Assembly: GCA_039621445.1 (NCBI GenBank)
Contig: CP154954.1
Span: 3,291,715-3,355,714 of the forward strand
Reading direction: 5' to 3'
Origin: Euglena gracilis
Lineage: Eukaryota
DNA: 64,000 nt
Shown here: piece by piece, positions 22,301 to 34,935 of the stretch
How the letters are laid out: each line of letters opens with the position of its first letter
Position numbering within the stretch: the stretch's first letter is position 1
Translations under genes and position numbers: made by a program
The notes under the pieces: model-generated
The model's database searches: none
Told to the model about the DNA's origin: nothing
The model's input: the letters and a program-made list of their open reading frames with translations, nothing else

Positions 22301-24878
22301 CCACTTTTTTTATTTTTAAATTACTGGGTTTAAACCATTGCTGCACACTTGATTTATTGAGCTCAGCACCGCTTAAAAACGGCTAAAGCTCACGCAAATC
22401 CAGATGTTCCACATCTGAAACTGTTGTCTGGATCCAGTTGTGCAGAGTCAGGCTAACGTTTGTTAATGGACCTCCCCCACAGAGTATTTTCCAGCTGAAA
22501 TGGGAAAAGTCGGTCAAAGATGGCAAAAATCCAAAAATAAGATCCCCAAAAGACCCCCCCCCCTTGGCGGCACAAGCGGAAGGGAGGGTAAATTTTTTCC
22601 CAAAAAAAGCCTTAATTCCAGTCACAAAATGACGGAATTTCAAATATTTTCAGCTTTTTGAAATGCTTAGTCATGGTAAATATCAGCTTATACCAATTTA
22701 CACATGGCGCGAAGTGCCGAGGGAAAAATTTTTGGCGTTTTGGGAACCTAAAAAAATGTTGCTATTTCCTCTGTCTCGGTTCGGTCAAGAAAAAATACAA
22801 AGATAAGGCACCTCCAAAAAATAAGACCCCCTGGAGTTTTCCAGCAATAGACCCAAAAATAAGACCAAGGATTGGTGGTTATCCATAGTGGGTCATGTTT
22901 TTATCCTTAGTTATCTGCAACCATCGGTTTTAAGATAAGCACAAATCCCTGATAAGACCAGGGTCTTATTTTGGGGGTTTACCTGTAAATCAGTTTTCAT
23001 CGCACTGAGAACTGTCTTGAACTTGCCTTCGCACTTCAAAAATGGGAGTTCCATGAGCTCTGTGGGACAGAAGTGAGCAGGCCCAACCGCGGGATATCAA
23101 ATCGCGAGGGTCGCAGGTCGTCGCCGGACACCTGCTCCCTTGCACCTCCTTCAGCACACTGCAGTCCCCGCCAAAAAGCCACAGCCCCTTCTTTTTCTGT
23201 GTCCGCCGGGTGCCTTGCTCACAGAAGGGGTACCTTTTACAGCAGTGTTCCAGAATCTTCGGGACAAAAAGTTTGCAAGAGCTTCCAAGATACTCCTGAA
23301 GAATTCTGGCTCTGGGGTGCAAGGGGAGCCCAACCCCGCATTCGGTTCGCTGCAGGTGCCCAGCCGTAGCCCAGCACCCCGCTGCCCTGCACCATGAGAG
23401 CCACCTCCGTCATCTCCTTCTCGCCCTCCGTCAGCCGAGCGTCGAACCGTTCGATCGCCTGGCTCACCAAACAGGTTTAGGTTGGAAAGGTTGGCCAACC
23501 GAATTAAAAAAAAATATGTTCACCCGACGTTGCCCTGTGGATTTCACAGACTTACAGACTTACAAGCTGTTTTGACACCTCTCCCCTCAGAGAAACCAAA
23601 TCCGCATAGAGGCAAGAGGCAGGTCAAGGTTATGGGTCAACCTTTCTTTGAGGAATGCAAAAAAAAAAACTGAGAATGGGCTAGAGTGGTGTTCTTGTTC
23701 ACTGAAAGGTCAGAAAAAAAAACAGGAAAAAGAAGGGCTGGACCTGACGTTGAAAACTGAAATTCTTGAGAAGGGTGTTCCATTTTTAAAAACGTTTCAG
23801 CTGCTTTTGTAATTTCTGTAGTTTTGGCCATTTTGACCAAAACGGATCAAAATCAATGGTTTTAGGCCTGTTTGAGAATCTGAATTTTATTCTTGAAAAA
23901 GCCAATGATAAATAACATACAAAAGATTCAACACAGTAAATCTCTGTTCCAGTTTATAATTTCAGGGGCAAGTGTGTGAGTTTTCAGGTCCATGTATGAG
24001 ACGGGTGTCCAAGGCACAAGCAGGCAAGGGCATTTGCCTCCCTCTCCATGACTTGGATTGACAAATCAAGTCAATCCAAGGACCTACAATCACAAGGGAA
24101 TTTCTTAGGGGGAAGGTCCAGCCGTCCAGCTGGAAAAAGGTGCTGGCTGGACCCCCCCCCCTATGGGGTGGGGGGTCCAGATGGTTTGAACCCGGCTGCC
24201 GCACTGGACCTGGCTGGAACCCGAAAACAGGCAAAAAAAGCCCGAATCCAGCTGGCAGCTGGGATGCATTTTTCAGGCAATGAGCGCTTGAGGTGGGGGG
24301 GAAAAGCGTACCAAAATGGCCCTTTCTGGTACGTTTGACACTTTTTCAAAAAGTTTCGGCACTTCGGTCCGAAAAAAATTTTTAGGCTGCAAAAAAATTA
24401 TTCTCAACCCCCCCCCCCCCCGGAGGGTCCACAGACCAGCTGGGAGCAGGAAAAAAAGTGCTGGCTGGCTGGACCCACCCGGGGTAGGGAGGGGTCCGGC
24501 GTAAGAAATTACCTGCCAACAAATCAAAGAATTTTTTTCTTTGATTCAAAGAATGCAATAATAGACAATTTTACTATCTGAAATTGACACATTTTTCTGC
24601 CATTTCTTACAAACTCGGGCAATTTCGACCATTTTGCTGGTTCAGTGTGACAATTTGGTTGTTTATTCACATTCGATGCAAGGAAAACCGGTATCCAAAT
24701 TTGAATGTTGGATGTTCTTGACTGCCTCAACCTGCACATGAGCAACTGTTGGATATTTTGTACGATGACGTCCATTGAGTCCCGCGTGGTACCCCGCAGC
24801 AGGTCCACGGAGGACGTCATCAGGTCCATGAACACCACCCAGATGATTATGGCCGGGGCAAGCGACAATGCAAGTGTT
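1300..24878 (-). CDS. Multi-exon receptor-type class III adenylate cyclase, gene 1 (span of supported exons; 3' end off the left edge, 5' end probably further right)
   Basis: Spliced exons give TM (TLALSLAPAIIIWVVF), a sensor region, TM (FVILGVVSAVAVLLPLSVGLWL), HAMP (MDRIAQLQF...FRELHRFQASFVQMERGLQAFGKFVP) and a cyclase domain (TIMFADIEGFSTI, DKFIGDCIM, RAGIHTGECLVGNFG, SYTCLGDGVNLSSRLE). Resolved joins stay in frame using stem-defined splice sites. Confidence 0.92.
1773..1882 (-). CDS. AC gene 1 exon: EVLPVYEVLCEAGGVETRTPKAADLPGTVGVDMQREP
   Basis: Acceptor CTG-ccaga|; VYEV motif; paralog exon starts at 53725. Confidence 0.85.
2255..2348 (-). CDS. AC gene 1 exon: TFICVSHSTYEACQHDFHFRRLAKVTVPGKA
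   Basis: Cyclase C-terminal motif VxVxGK; 94 nt, same length as the paralog exon 54392-54485. Confidence 0.92.
2405..3235. mobile_element. hAT-like non-autonomous element with (GCGGTCGGCT)n subterminal repeats
   Basis: TIR CAAGCTCCTATG/CATAGGTGCCTG; flanks GTCCTTTC/GTTCTTTC; homologous to 58053-59857. Confidence 0.85.
3370..3551. mobile_element. MITE with TA-flanked inverted ends (Tc1/mariner-like)
   Basis: TACCGCAGAGCC...GGCTCTGCGGTA; interior shared with about 230-650 and 55765-56090. Confidence 0.6.
3584..3853. mobile_element. hAT-like MITE
   Basis: CAGGC...GCCTG ends; flanks CTCCCATT/CTCCCATA; same family as 26658-26961. Confidence 0.8.
4073..4113 (-). CDS. AC gene 1 micro-exon: NLSSRLEALNKKFG (catalytic Asn/Arg)
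   Basis: NxxSRLE motif; donor ggc-CAGGGTG pairs with CGCCCTG near 2354. Confidence 0.92.
4144..4470. mobile_element. hAT-like MITE (CCAGTCAGTCAC family)
   Basis: CATG...CATG ends; perfect TSD GTAAGGAA. Confidence 0.88.
5270..5314 (-). CDS. AC gene 1 micro-exon: GCSYRVSYTCLGDGV
   Basis: YTxLGD motif; same sequence as the exon at 57578-57622. Confidence 0.9.
5764..5862 (-). CDS. AC gene 1 exon: CVMDLHRSWKDRGLPVLKFRAGIHTGECLVGNF
   Basis: RxGIHTG...VGNF motif; donor CAGGGCCGG pairs with CCGGCCCTG. Confidence 0.93.
5959..6190. mobile_element. hAT-like MITE
   Basis: CAGGGGTTTTTTTAAG...CTTAAAAAAATCCCTG; perfect TSD TCTGGGCC. Confidence 0.9.
6322..6399 (-). CDS. AC gene 1 exon: MAMWNAPDRLHSHERDAVAASLAMQD
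   Basis: MAxWNAP motif; donor gcc-CAGGGGC. Confidence 0.9.
6920..6970 (-). CDS. AC gene 1 exon: NIVGRNGTIDKFIGDCI (substrate Lys, second Asp)
   Basis: DKFIGD motif. Confidence 0.92.
7390..7503 (-). CDS. AC gene 1 exon: RMLTIMFADIEGFSTICENEFPAVLVSVCTEYFEAMCS (first metal-binding Asp)
   Basis: Class III cyclase motif FADIEGFS. Confidence 0.93.
8172..8211 (-). CDS. AC gene 1 micro-exon: IAGQMKANDEMHP
   Basis: Acceptor CTG-gcttc|, donor |acg-CAG; bridges KVL to RMLTIMF in frame. Confidence 0.8.
9884..10036 (-). CDS. AC gene 1 exon: HAMP domain, MDRIAQLQF...GLQAFGKFVPHGVVKVL
   Basis: HAMP/signalling-helix pattern ending FGKFVP, typical just upstream of class III cyclases. Confidence 0.9.
10753..10848 (-). 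CDS. AC gene 1 exon: FVILGVVSAVAVLLPLSVGLWLATRLYMLARG (second TM helix)
   Basis: Hydrophobic helix; donor aag-CAGGGCCTGTCCC pairs with GGGGCGGGCCCTG near 10042. Confidence 0.85.
11228..11337 (-). CDS. AC gene 1 exon: TLQCTVLMLKCRASVMGSIDASNAYVDQSVSDKKGVT
   Basis: In-frame joins on both sides; GC3-rich. Confidence 0.82.
12246..12638. mobile_element. hAT-like MITE (CCAGTCAGTCAC family)
   Basis: CATACAATT...AATTGCCTG; flanks ACTCCGAG/ATTCCGAG. Confidence 0.82.
12451..12952. repeat. Tandem duplication, unit about 250 bp
   Basis: 12451-12702 repeated almost exactly at 12703-12952. Confidence 0.88.
13505..13590 (-). CDS. AC gene 1 exon: RSWTAILEMNQEMVLAGQRYWVATGYSSG
   Basis: Donor gat-CGGGCCGGGG pairs perfectly with CCCCGGCCCG near 11343. 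Confidence 0.85.
13795..14035. mobile_element. hAT-like MITE, same family as 5959-6190
   Basis: CAGGGGTTTTTTAAG...CTTAAAAAAAACCCCTG; perfect TSD AGTGGAGA. Confidence 0.9.
14492..14544 (-). CDS. AC gene 1 exon: SNDALIALACQQLYDKY
   Basis: Joins the previous exon across a duplicated CTGCAGAG; donor agg-CAGGGGAAG pairs with CTTCCTCTG. Confidence 0.85.
14545..14860 (-). mobile_element. MITE-derived nonconventional intron of AC gene 1
   Basis: CTGCAGAG duplicated at both junctions (plus-strand TTGCTCTGCAG at 14539-14549 and 14855-14865); inverted ends CAAGGCTTCACTTA...TAAGTGATTCCATG. Confidence 0.85.
14861..14968 (-). CDS. AC gene 1 exon: ASHGKYFSHSDVDARYINPLLHPPNISAYSLWTCLQ
   Basis: Acceptor CCG-ctccc|; GC3-rich. 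Confidence 0.85.
16371..16417 (-). CDS. AC gene 1 micro-exon: DRLALFFRQAHGYMIA
   Basis: In-frame joins PD|DR and IA|ASHG with paired intron ends. Confidence 0.8.
16780..16887 (-). CDS. AC gene 1 exon: WAQIAAQNGTGIQLTINIGAATISDELRSQLKGFPD
   Basis: Donor gcc-CAAGC pairs with GCTTG-ccaga before the next exon. Confidence 0.8.
18103..18180 (-). CDS. AC gene 1 exon: RLAKWVDGWLTTMAWNRFTGQVELVL (an exon upstream is probably still unidentified)
   Basis: GC3-rich frame; donor cgg-CAG. Confidence 0.7.
19660..19791 (-). CDS. AC gene 1 exon: SFFIPTFWVTWVAFYMDFLNNSFGTRTLYSTPLVMAANEKSSTL (3' boundary approximate)
   Basis: Acceptor CTG-cccgc|; in frame with the previous exon. Confidence 0.72.
20377..20466 (-). 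CDS. AC gene 1 exon: FTGQTFTTMQGHRFFSQVSVIGSYLDPTE (5' boundary uncertain)
   Basis: GC3-rich frame; donor gcc-CAGGGGGA pairs with TTCCCCTG near 19797. Confidence 0.72.
21474..21852. mobile_element. Non-autonomous element with pogo-like ends
   Basis: GTAAACCCTCCCCCCAAATAAT... and inverted ...ATTATTTGGGGGG...GTATA. Confidence 0.55.
23087..23119 (-). CDS. AC gene 1 micro-exon: DLRPSRFDIPR (3' boundary uncertain)
   Basis: In-frame join GY|DLRPSRFD across an 11-bp intron stem. Confidence 0.65.
23366..23464 (-). CDS. AC gene 1 exon: SQAIERFDARLTEGEKEMTEVALMVQGSGVLGY
   Basis: GC3-rich codons; donor TGGGCACCTGC pairs with GCAGGTGTCCG near 23125. Confidence 0.8.
24737..24878 (-). CDS. AC gene 1 exon: TLALSLAPAIIIWVVFMDLMTSSVDLLRGTTRDSMDVIVQNIQQLLM (first TM helix)
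   Basis: Acceptor CTG-ttatc|; donor stem CAGGTT pairs with AACCTG before the next exon. Confidence 0.8.
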
Positions 24879-25985
24879 GATAACAGGTGGGGTTCCACTT
24901 GCTGGACTTCTATTTGAATCACTTCACCGACCCGAAACTCAAATATCCAAATTTTCAGAAACAAAAACAGATTTTTAATACAGATTCTTACTTGCAGCAC
25001 CATTACAAAAAAATTCATTGGGGCTCGAAAATACTTTTCCATAAATATTATGTTCTAACATCATTTGACTGCCAAATGGTGGTTTTTAAATATAAAAAAA
25101 AATGAGTGATAATCAGTGATATCGTCTTTCCATTTCGGAAGCAGACAAGAAGTAGCATAATTTGAATGTAATGCCCCCTAGAGCTCGTGCTATTTTTTTA
25201 AAAAAACGGAGGGAATTTTTTTGAAAACACCATTCTTTTCTGAAAATAAACCTTTTTGACACATTACCTCGCAACCAACCCAATGCACCTTCACAACCAA
25301 AAATGCCCAAAATCTTTCTACACAAAAAAATTCAAAAAAATTTGGGTGCACTTTTGCATCCAAATAATGGCCCAAAGTGTTTCCCCTAAAACGTGATGGT
25401 CGATGGGATTATATTCAAAAAAAATTTGCAAATGTCATGAGCGCTTTTTTTTGAAAAAAAACCCAAAACCTTCTTTATTTTTGTTTTTGTTTTTTTGATC
25501 ACCACCTTTGCTGCCCCCCAAATAAGACTCTCACTGGCGGACGAGGATAGCCTGAAAATCGCACGTGCAACTCACTTGGGGCTACTACAAGTATATTTTT
25601 TTTTAAAAAATGGGGGCGAGAGCTGCTTCATACTGCTAGGTGATTTGGCTTCAGCAACAGAGCATCTGAAAACACGGCTCTCGAAAAGCTTTTCCTGTTG
25701 GTTAGGGTCGCAACGTCCCAGACAAGCTTTGGACAGGGGGTGACGGATGGGGCCCCTTTTCTCTCTGCCAGATCCAAACTGGGCGATCCAGGGAGGGATG
25801 CAAAATCCTCAGATTAGGACAAGATGCGACGTAGAAAATTCTGGAGCCCTACCAAGGTACAAGCGTCAGTGCAAATGTGAAAGAGATGCGAAACTCCATT
25901 CTGAAGAAAAAAAACCTGCGCAGGGTGGAAGACTTGGAATACAGGGGACATAATTATCCACTGCTCTCTGGGCCGCTTGGTATTT

Positions 25986-28790
<2,805 letters not shown>

Positions 28791-31700
28791 TTTGATATCA
28801 TACATTCAGAAAGCAATGACCTTTGACTGTTGTTCTCAAAATTGTGTCTTGTTGGGTTGATTACTATGTTGTTTTCCTGACCATTCATTCAATTTTGTCC
28901 AAGGGCAACCTCCTATCCTGCAAAGAAGTCAGCCTGTTTCAGTTGGTAGCGAAAACAGTGGCCACTTTGTGGCGGAAACCAAAATGTGCCAAAAATTTTG
29001 GCCACTTTGGGAAGGGGGGGGCCAGTATCGTCAGGTTAAAAAAATTCTTCAGCTTTCCTCTTTCCTGCGGCATTAATTCTCGACATCCAAGGTGGGGGGA
29101 GTAATGGTCTCAGGGGTTTGGTGAAACTAATGTAGATGTCCCGGAACCTGAAGGTGGTTAATTGGCGTTGCTCGTATTCAACTATTTTTTCCTGTGCATT
29201 TATCATTTGTCAAAATTGATACGGGTTTGAGGAACAGCACTGCGGAAACCAGGTGGTACAATTGGGTCCAAAAAGACCACCTCCCCCCACTTCCCCCCCA
29301 CGATCCACTCATTTTGGTGTGAGCATTGGCATTACTAGGGGAATTGGCAATGCCCCAAAGTGGAATGGAAAGAAATTGCGGAATGAAATCCCAGCAAGTG
29401 TTTTCCTTTTTTTTACCGTTTTGGCTAAATTCGCCAAATTCCCCAAAGGATTTTCGGAATTTTTCACCAGAAATTGCCCATTATTTCAAGAAATTTGTCG
29501 AACAAGAGCTTTGCCGAGACTGTCAAAATTTTCCACCTCCAAATTTTTTCATCCAATTTTCTTTAGCCCCAACTTCCCCGCCCTGTGTTGTCACCTGCCC
29601 ATGGCCAGTGACTGACGGGCATATACCATTTGGGGTGGTTGCATGAAAGGTGGAAACCTCCCACGTTTGTGGCTTAAACCATGAGGGGAAGATCAGCTGA
29701 AAAATGCACCCCAGCTGGATTTGGGCCTTGCCTGTTTGGGCCCCAGTCGGGTCCAGCCTGGCAGCAGGTTTGGAACCACCTCCCTGGCCCCCCCACTCCC
29801 TGGTCCGGCTGACCGCTCAGGCAGGGGTGCCCACGTCTACATGTGCGCCCCGTCCCCACCTTGACCGCCATTGCGATGCGTGGCCTGCCCAGGTAGGTTT
29901 TCGGCCTGTCTGTCTGGCCCAAACGGTTCTCACATCCGCAAATCCTTTGTTCTATTCTTTTGTTCTGCTTATTTTTTAACTAATCTTTTTTTCTTGCGCA
30001 TGCATAAGATTCCAATGTTCTTCTCGCGCAAATAGCTTAAGCTCTTTTAAGCTTTAAGAAGTGTCAAAAACTTTGACTTATGCGACAACTGGACATTTTT
30101 TGCCTGCAAATACGGGATATTCTGTGTCCAGCAGGAACACAATGAGAGACAAATGATGGTCGAAAATCTCAACGGGTAAAAATTTTCTCACCGTCATACT
30201 GGAGCCCCCCATCCATCCATCCATGTACGTACAGATGTATATACGCGCGCACACATGCAGGGTTTCTCCCATTTCCGTGCTGGCTGAGACCAAAGTGTAT
30301 CCATGATTTTTTGTGATTTTCCCTAATTTCGCATGGTTTTCCGTGAATTTTCCGTGACTTTCCTGTTTTCGAGGTTTTTCTTCTTCACTGACCGGGAGCA
30401 ATGAACCCTTCAGCAGAATCCTGTCACTGACTATCAAAAACACAACTGTTTCAGAGGTGCCTGGGCTGGAAAAAAAGGCGGGATTCTGAAGGGGAAAAAA
30501 ACAACAACACAAGAGCAAACAAACACACGTTCTGCACACCCCGTCAGTTTTTATCCGGCTGACTGTCTTACCAGAAAGCGCAAAGGGTTACACAAAAAAA
30601 GCCCCGGTATGGGCTTCTGCCGACACCATCAACTTCTCGTCTGTGCTAAACCAAATTAAACCCCAAAAAAATGATCGCACTTCATTACTCTTTCCTTCTG
30701 CATCTGAAGCTTGACAACTGCTGCGGAAAGGTACAGGAACAGATGGGATTTGCTGATCCCCATTCAATCCTCGGGTGAAATGCATGTTTCCGGTAAGAAG
30801 TGCCTGAAAAAAAAATCGATGCAGGATTAGGTTCAGCTGTTTGTTAATCCCAAAAGTAGCCTTTCCTCCAGGCAGAGGGGGGGAGTGACTTACTGTTGTT
30901 TGCAAAGGGACTTTTGCTCCCCGGCTCTGTGGGCTGGCTGGAAAAGGTGCTGGCCAGAAAAAAAGGTGCTAGCTGTACCCTCCCCCAGGGCTGGTTCAGA
31001 GAGAGGGGGGGGTCCAGCTGGCTGGAAACTGACCCTGAAAACAGGCAAAAAGCCCAAAAATTTGAGGCAAAAACCCCAAAAACACACAAAAATGCCATTT
31101 GGAGCCTCTTTTGACCATTTTTCAAAGTACCTCTTTGAGACATTTTTTTTGAAGTCTCTTTTTTTGGCCTTATTTTATTTTGGCCCAGCCCGGCTTCACT
31201 AGGCTGGCCCCAACTTTGCAACTTTGTTTCAGTGGACATCTGGGGGTGGGGGTCACAGCCTGGTTGGGAGCTGCTGGCCGGGAAAAAGTTGCCAGCCCTG
31301 GGGGTTGGGTCATCTCCCGTTTTTTTTTTTTAAACTGATTGCATATTTGTGTGTTTGGTTCATCTTGTTTGCAACCATGGAAACAAGTAGCGAAAAAGAC
31401 AGCAAATACAAAAACAGAAAACAATTCATCTCACGGAAACAACACACAAAAAATGGACACTTTTGAATTCAATTGCAATTAATTTTCGTAAATATCCAGA
31501 AATTTTTCCCTGCCTCTGCCTGTAAATTGTCTCCTGAGTGAGTGAGTGAAGGACTGTGGAGACAGGACTGTCACTAAGACGTCTGTTTGGTGGGCCTTCC
31601 AACGAAACACATTACATATGACCTTGTAATAATGCTTTGTGTTTAAGTTTTATGTTTGTAACAGAAGTTTAGGTATCTGGAAGTTGGGGAGCACGAAGAT

Positions 31701-32825
31701 TGGCACCAGCTTGAAGGAGGACAACGGGATTTCCTCAAGTGATCACACAAGCATGGAAACTCTTTGCCTTGTGTTTGGAAAGTTCAACTCAGAGGGGGGG
31801 GACCCTCAGGGACACTGCCAACGGAGGGGGCTTGTTCGTGTTGGCGAATCATTGGCTTTGCCACGTTGGCGGGACAAGGACAAGGACAAGAGACAGGCAG
31901 CCTTGTCAGCGATGATTACGCTGCTGCACCTCCGATCGGCTCTCGGATCCTCCCCAAGTCGCTTCATTTTGCACCTTCCCCGTCCGCACAAGGGTGGTTT
32001 GTGTGGCAGAAACCCAGGCCCAAAAGTTGAGGCTACCTTTCGTTTCTGAGCATTGTGGCCTGTATGTCATGGCAAACAACGCCAAAGACCCAAAGAAAGA
32101 GGGGGAACCCAGAGATGGTGCAAACCTGGGACCCCTACCCTCCACCCACCCAAACACCCCCTCCCAGAACTCATTCCCAGCCCTAACCCCATATACCCCA
32201 CCCTGAACCCCCGCCTCTGACTCATACTGTCTCCAGATTAAACCATTCTAAGCCTTTTTAAATGACTTTCACAGAGTTCTGTTATTTTGTAGTCAAACAC
32301 CAGCCCCACAAGCCACCAGACCAGCCGTTGATCAGAGCTGTGCGAGGCGCGGTCATCGCGGTTAGGCCGTGCAGCCAATGCAAACGTGCATACAAAAGTG
32401 GAACGTCCGAAGGACTTCGTTTGAGGTTCTGTTTTTTTCCCCTTGAAAATCAAAAACTTGTGTGTTATTCAAGGTGTTCAGAATAAAAGTTGAAAAAAAA
32501 AACACAAATCACAAAGCGACTGGATGGGAACGTGACTCCTCAGCCAACCTCAGAATTTAAGGTTGGTTGGCTGAAAATCATGATTCACAACATTCATTGA
32601 TTTCATTTGCAAAACTCAAAGATTGAGAAATATGGATTCATCACTCTCCTCTCGTAAGACTGATGAAACACACACACTTTCTAGTAAGGAAAAGTCAGAG
32701 GCACCAAAAAATATAGTTGTACCAACAAACACTTCCATGGCATCAGCATTTCTACTGTTGTTTGAACTTGGGAAGAGAACTGCCAACAGCTCACTGGGGA
32801 GTTCCAAGTAACGCAATCCTTGGGC

Positions 32826-33262
32826 CAGGTTTTTGCTTAAGGACCCCCCCGGGGGGGTACTGGCAGCCAATCGGCTAGACACTGGAAAAAAACGGACTAG
32901 CCAGACCCCCCTCCCCCGGGGGGGGGGGGGGGTCCAGGGGTCCCCCCAACTGGAAAAAAAAATTTCCTCCAGCACTTTGCACCAGAGGAAGAAATGAGGT
33001 TTTTAATAGGTTTTTGGCTGATTTTGTTCCAACAAATCCCCAAAATGGCCAAAAACGGGCAATTTTGGCCATTTTTGGGGGTCCCAAAAAAAATTTCGGC
33101 GTTTCACGCCGGTCACTTGGAAAAAAATTCCACAACCGAGCCCTGCTAGTAGACCCCCCCCCGGGGTGGTCTGCTAGAAATCCCACTAGCCAAATTTGAC
33201 TAGCTCCAGTCCAGCCCCCCGGGGGGGGGGGGGGGTAGTGCAATCCCTTAAGCAAAAGCCTG
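32826..33262. mobile_element. hAT-like MITE
   Basis: CAGGTTTTGCTTAAGG...CCTTAAGCAAAAGCCTG; perfect TSD CCTTGGGC. Confidence 0.9.
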
Positions 33263-34455
33263 CCTTGGGCTGCAGATCAAGGTTTTGTTATTGACCTATT
33301 TTGGAACTGGAAATTGGAAGTTTAATGAAAAAAAAAATAATTAATGAACAAACAACACTGGCACAAAAGAAAATCGGCCCCACGCTTCCATTTGGGGGGG
33401 GGGGGATTTATGCCTCCACAGCAGGGAAAAAAATTGGATGCTTCCAAGTGAGAATTAAATCTCCTCATTTCCCGGCAACTTTTCAAGTCGGATCGCCTCC
33501 GGTTCATCTTTGCCGATTTGGAACCGGGCTGTCCAAGCCGACTTCAACGCCGTCCAGTTTCCACGCCTCAAGCACGAAGGCCAAATCCGCCGGCAGCGCC
33601 GGAGCGGTCGCGGGGCGGCGCGGCGGTCGAGTCCCGGCGCCGCGGCCGCCGTTGCGGGCGAATCAGCAACGCCGACCCACCGGAGAGAAGGCAGCGTGCG
33701 CCGAGCGCCGCGGCGGGCGCTGCCCCGCAGTGAGCCACTGCCGGCGTAAACCAGGCCAGGCAGCCATGTGGGATGGTGGGATGGCTTCAAGAAAATTATG
33801 AAAAGCACGTTGTGGGGAAACAAAAGATCAATCGAGTTGTCGGAAAAGAAAGTTCACAGTGCAATACTGCAAACGAGGGGTGACAAGTTGGGCAGGACGG
33901 AAGGGGGTGACTATTTGCCGGGGTGACAATTTGGCGGGCACAGCCAGGGGTGACAATTGCCCGGGGGCGTCAGTTGCCCAGGGGCGTCAATTGCCCGGGG
34001 CGGCGCGGGTACTCTATAATACGTTGTGTTGAAATTTATAACCCCCCCTAAATCGTTCATATGGAGCCCCACTCCTTCAATATCCCTATCAACCCCTTGC
34101 CCTTGGGGGGGGGCACAAATTTATACATATGGGCCATATTTTATAATATACATAATAATGTATAGAATATATCTTATATATACGTATATGTCTTATGTCT
34201 ATATGAATCTGTCTATATGTATATGTCTATATGAATATATCTTGTATATTATGTATAGAATGTGTCTTATATATATTAATTTACATTATAATTACTCATA
34301 ACTATATAATTGGTTATATACTTAGTTATATAAATTTATTATCTTAATAAAGCTAATTCAACATATAATTTTAAATATAATTAATTGCATTGAATAATCA
34401 TGGTACAGATAATTATAATTATTATAATGTTAATAATATGTATATACATACATAT

Positions 34456-34935
34456 GGCAAGTGTTAAGTTTAGTTCCGGGTTCGGCACAGGGTACACGCC
34501 TGGGGTTGGCGGTTAGGGTTAGGGTTAAGGTCGGGACTGGCGGGCCTGAGGTCGTCGCGCGCGCGACGCAGCGCATCCTCCCTGCTGGCCCGGGCTGCGC
34601 GATCCCGAAAGACGGCAGACCGGCAGAAGGAAAGAAAGATAAAGCCCGCCGAAGAGTCGGCCCCCATAAGGGACTTCGCCCTCCCTTTGCCTTGGGAGTG
34701 AGTGACTCCAAAAGGGGCCGGTGCCGCGATTTGCGGTGTGGGCAGTCAAGGCAGTTGGGCCCACGTGCGCAGGGCAGGTTGCGCGGCGTCGCGTGCGTGC
34801 GGCGGACGACCTCAGGCTGGCCGGTCCTAACCCTAACCATGCGCCCTCCACTATCCCAGGTGTATACCCCGTGCCCAACCCGGTGTCAAGTTTAGTACCC
34901 CCCTAGGGGGGAGGGGACTAAACTTAACACTTGCC
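34456..34935. mobile_element. Foldback element with long inverted arms containing TTAGGG repeats
   Basis: Perfect 19-bp TIR GGCAAGTGTTAAGTTTAGT; imperfect arms over 100 bp; no TSD seen. Confidence 0.7.
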
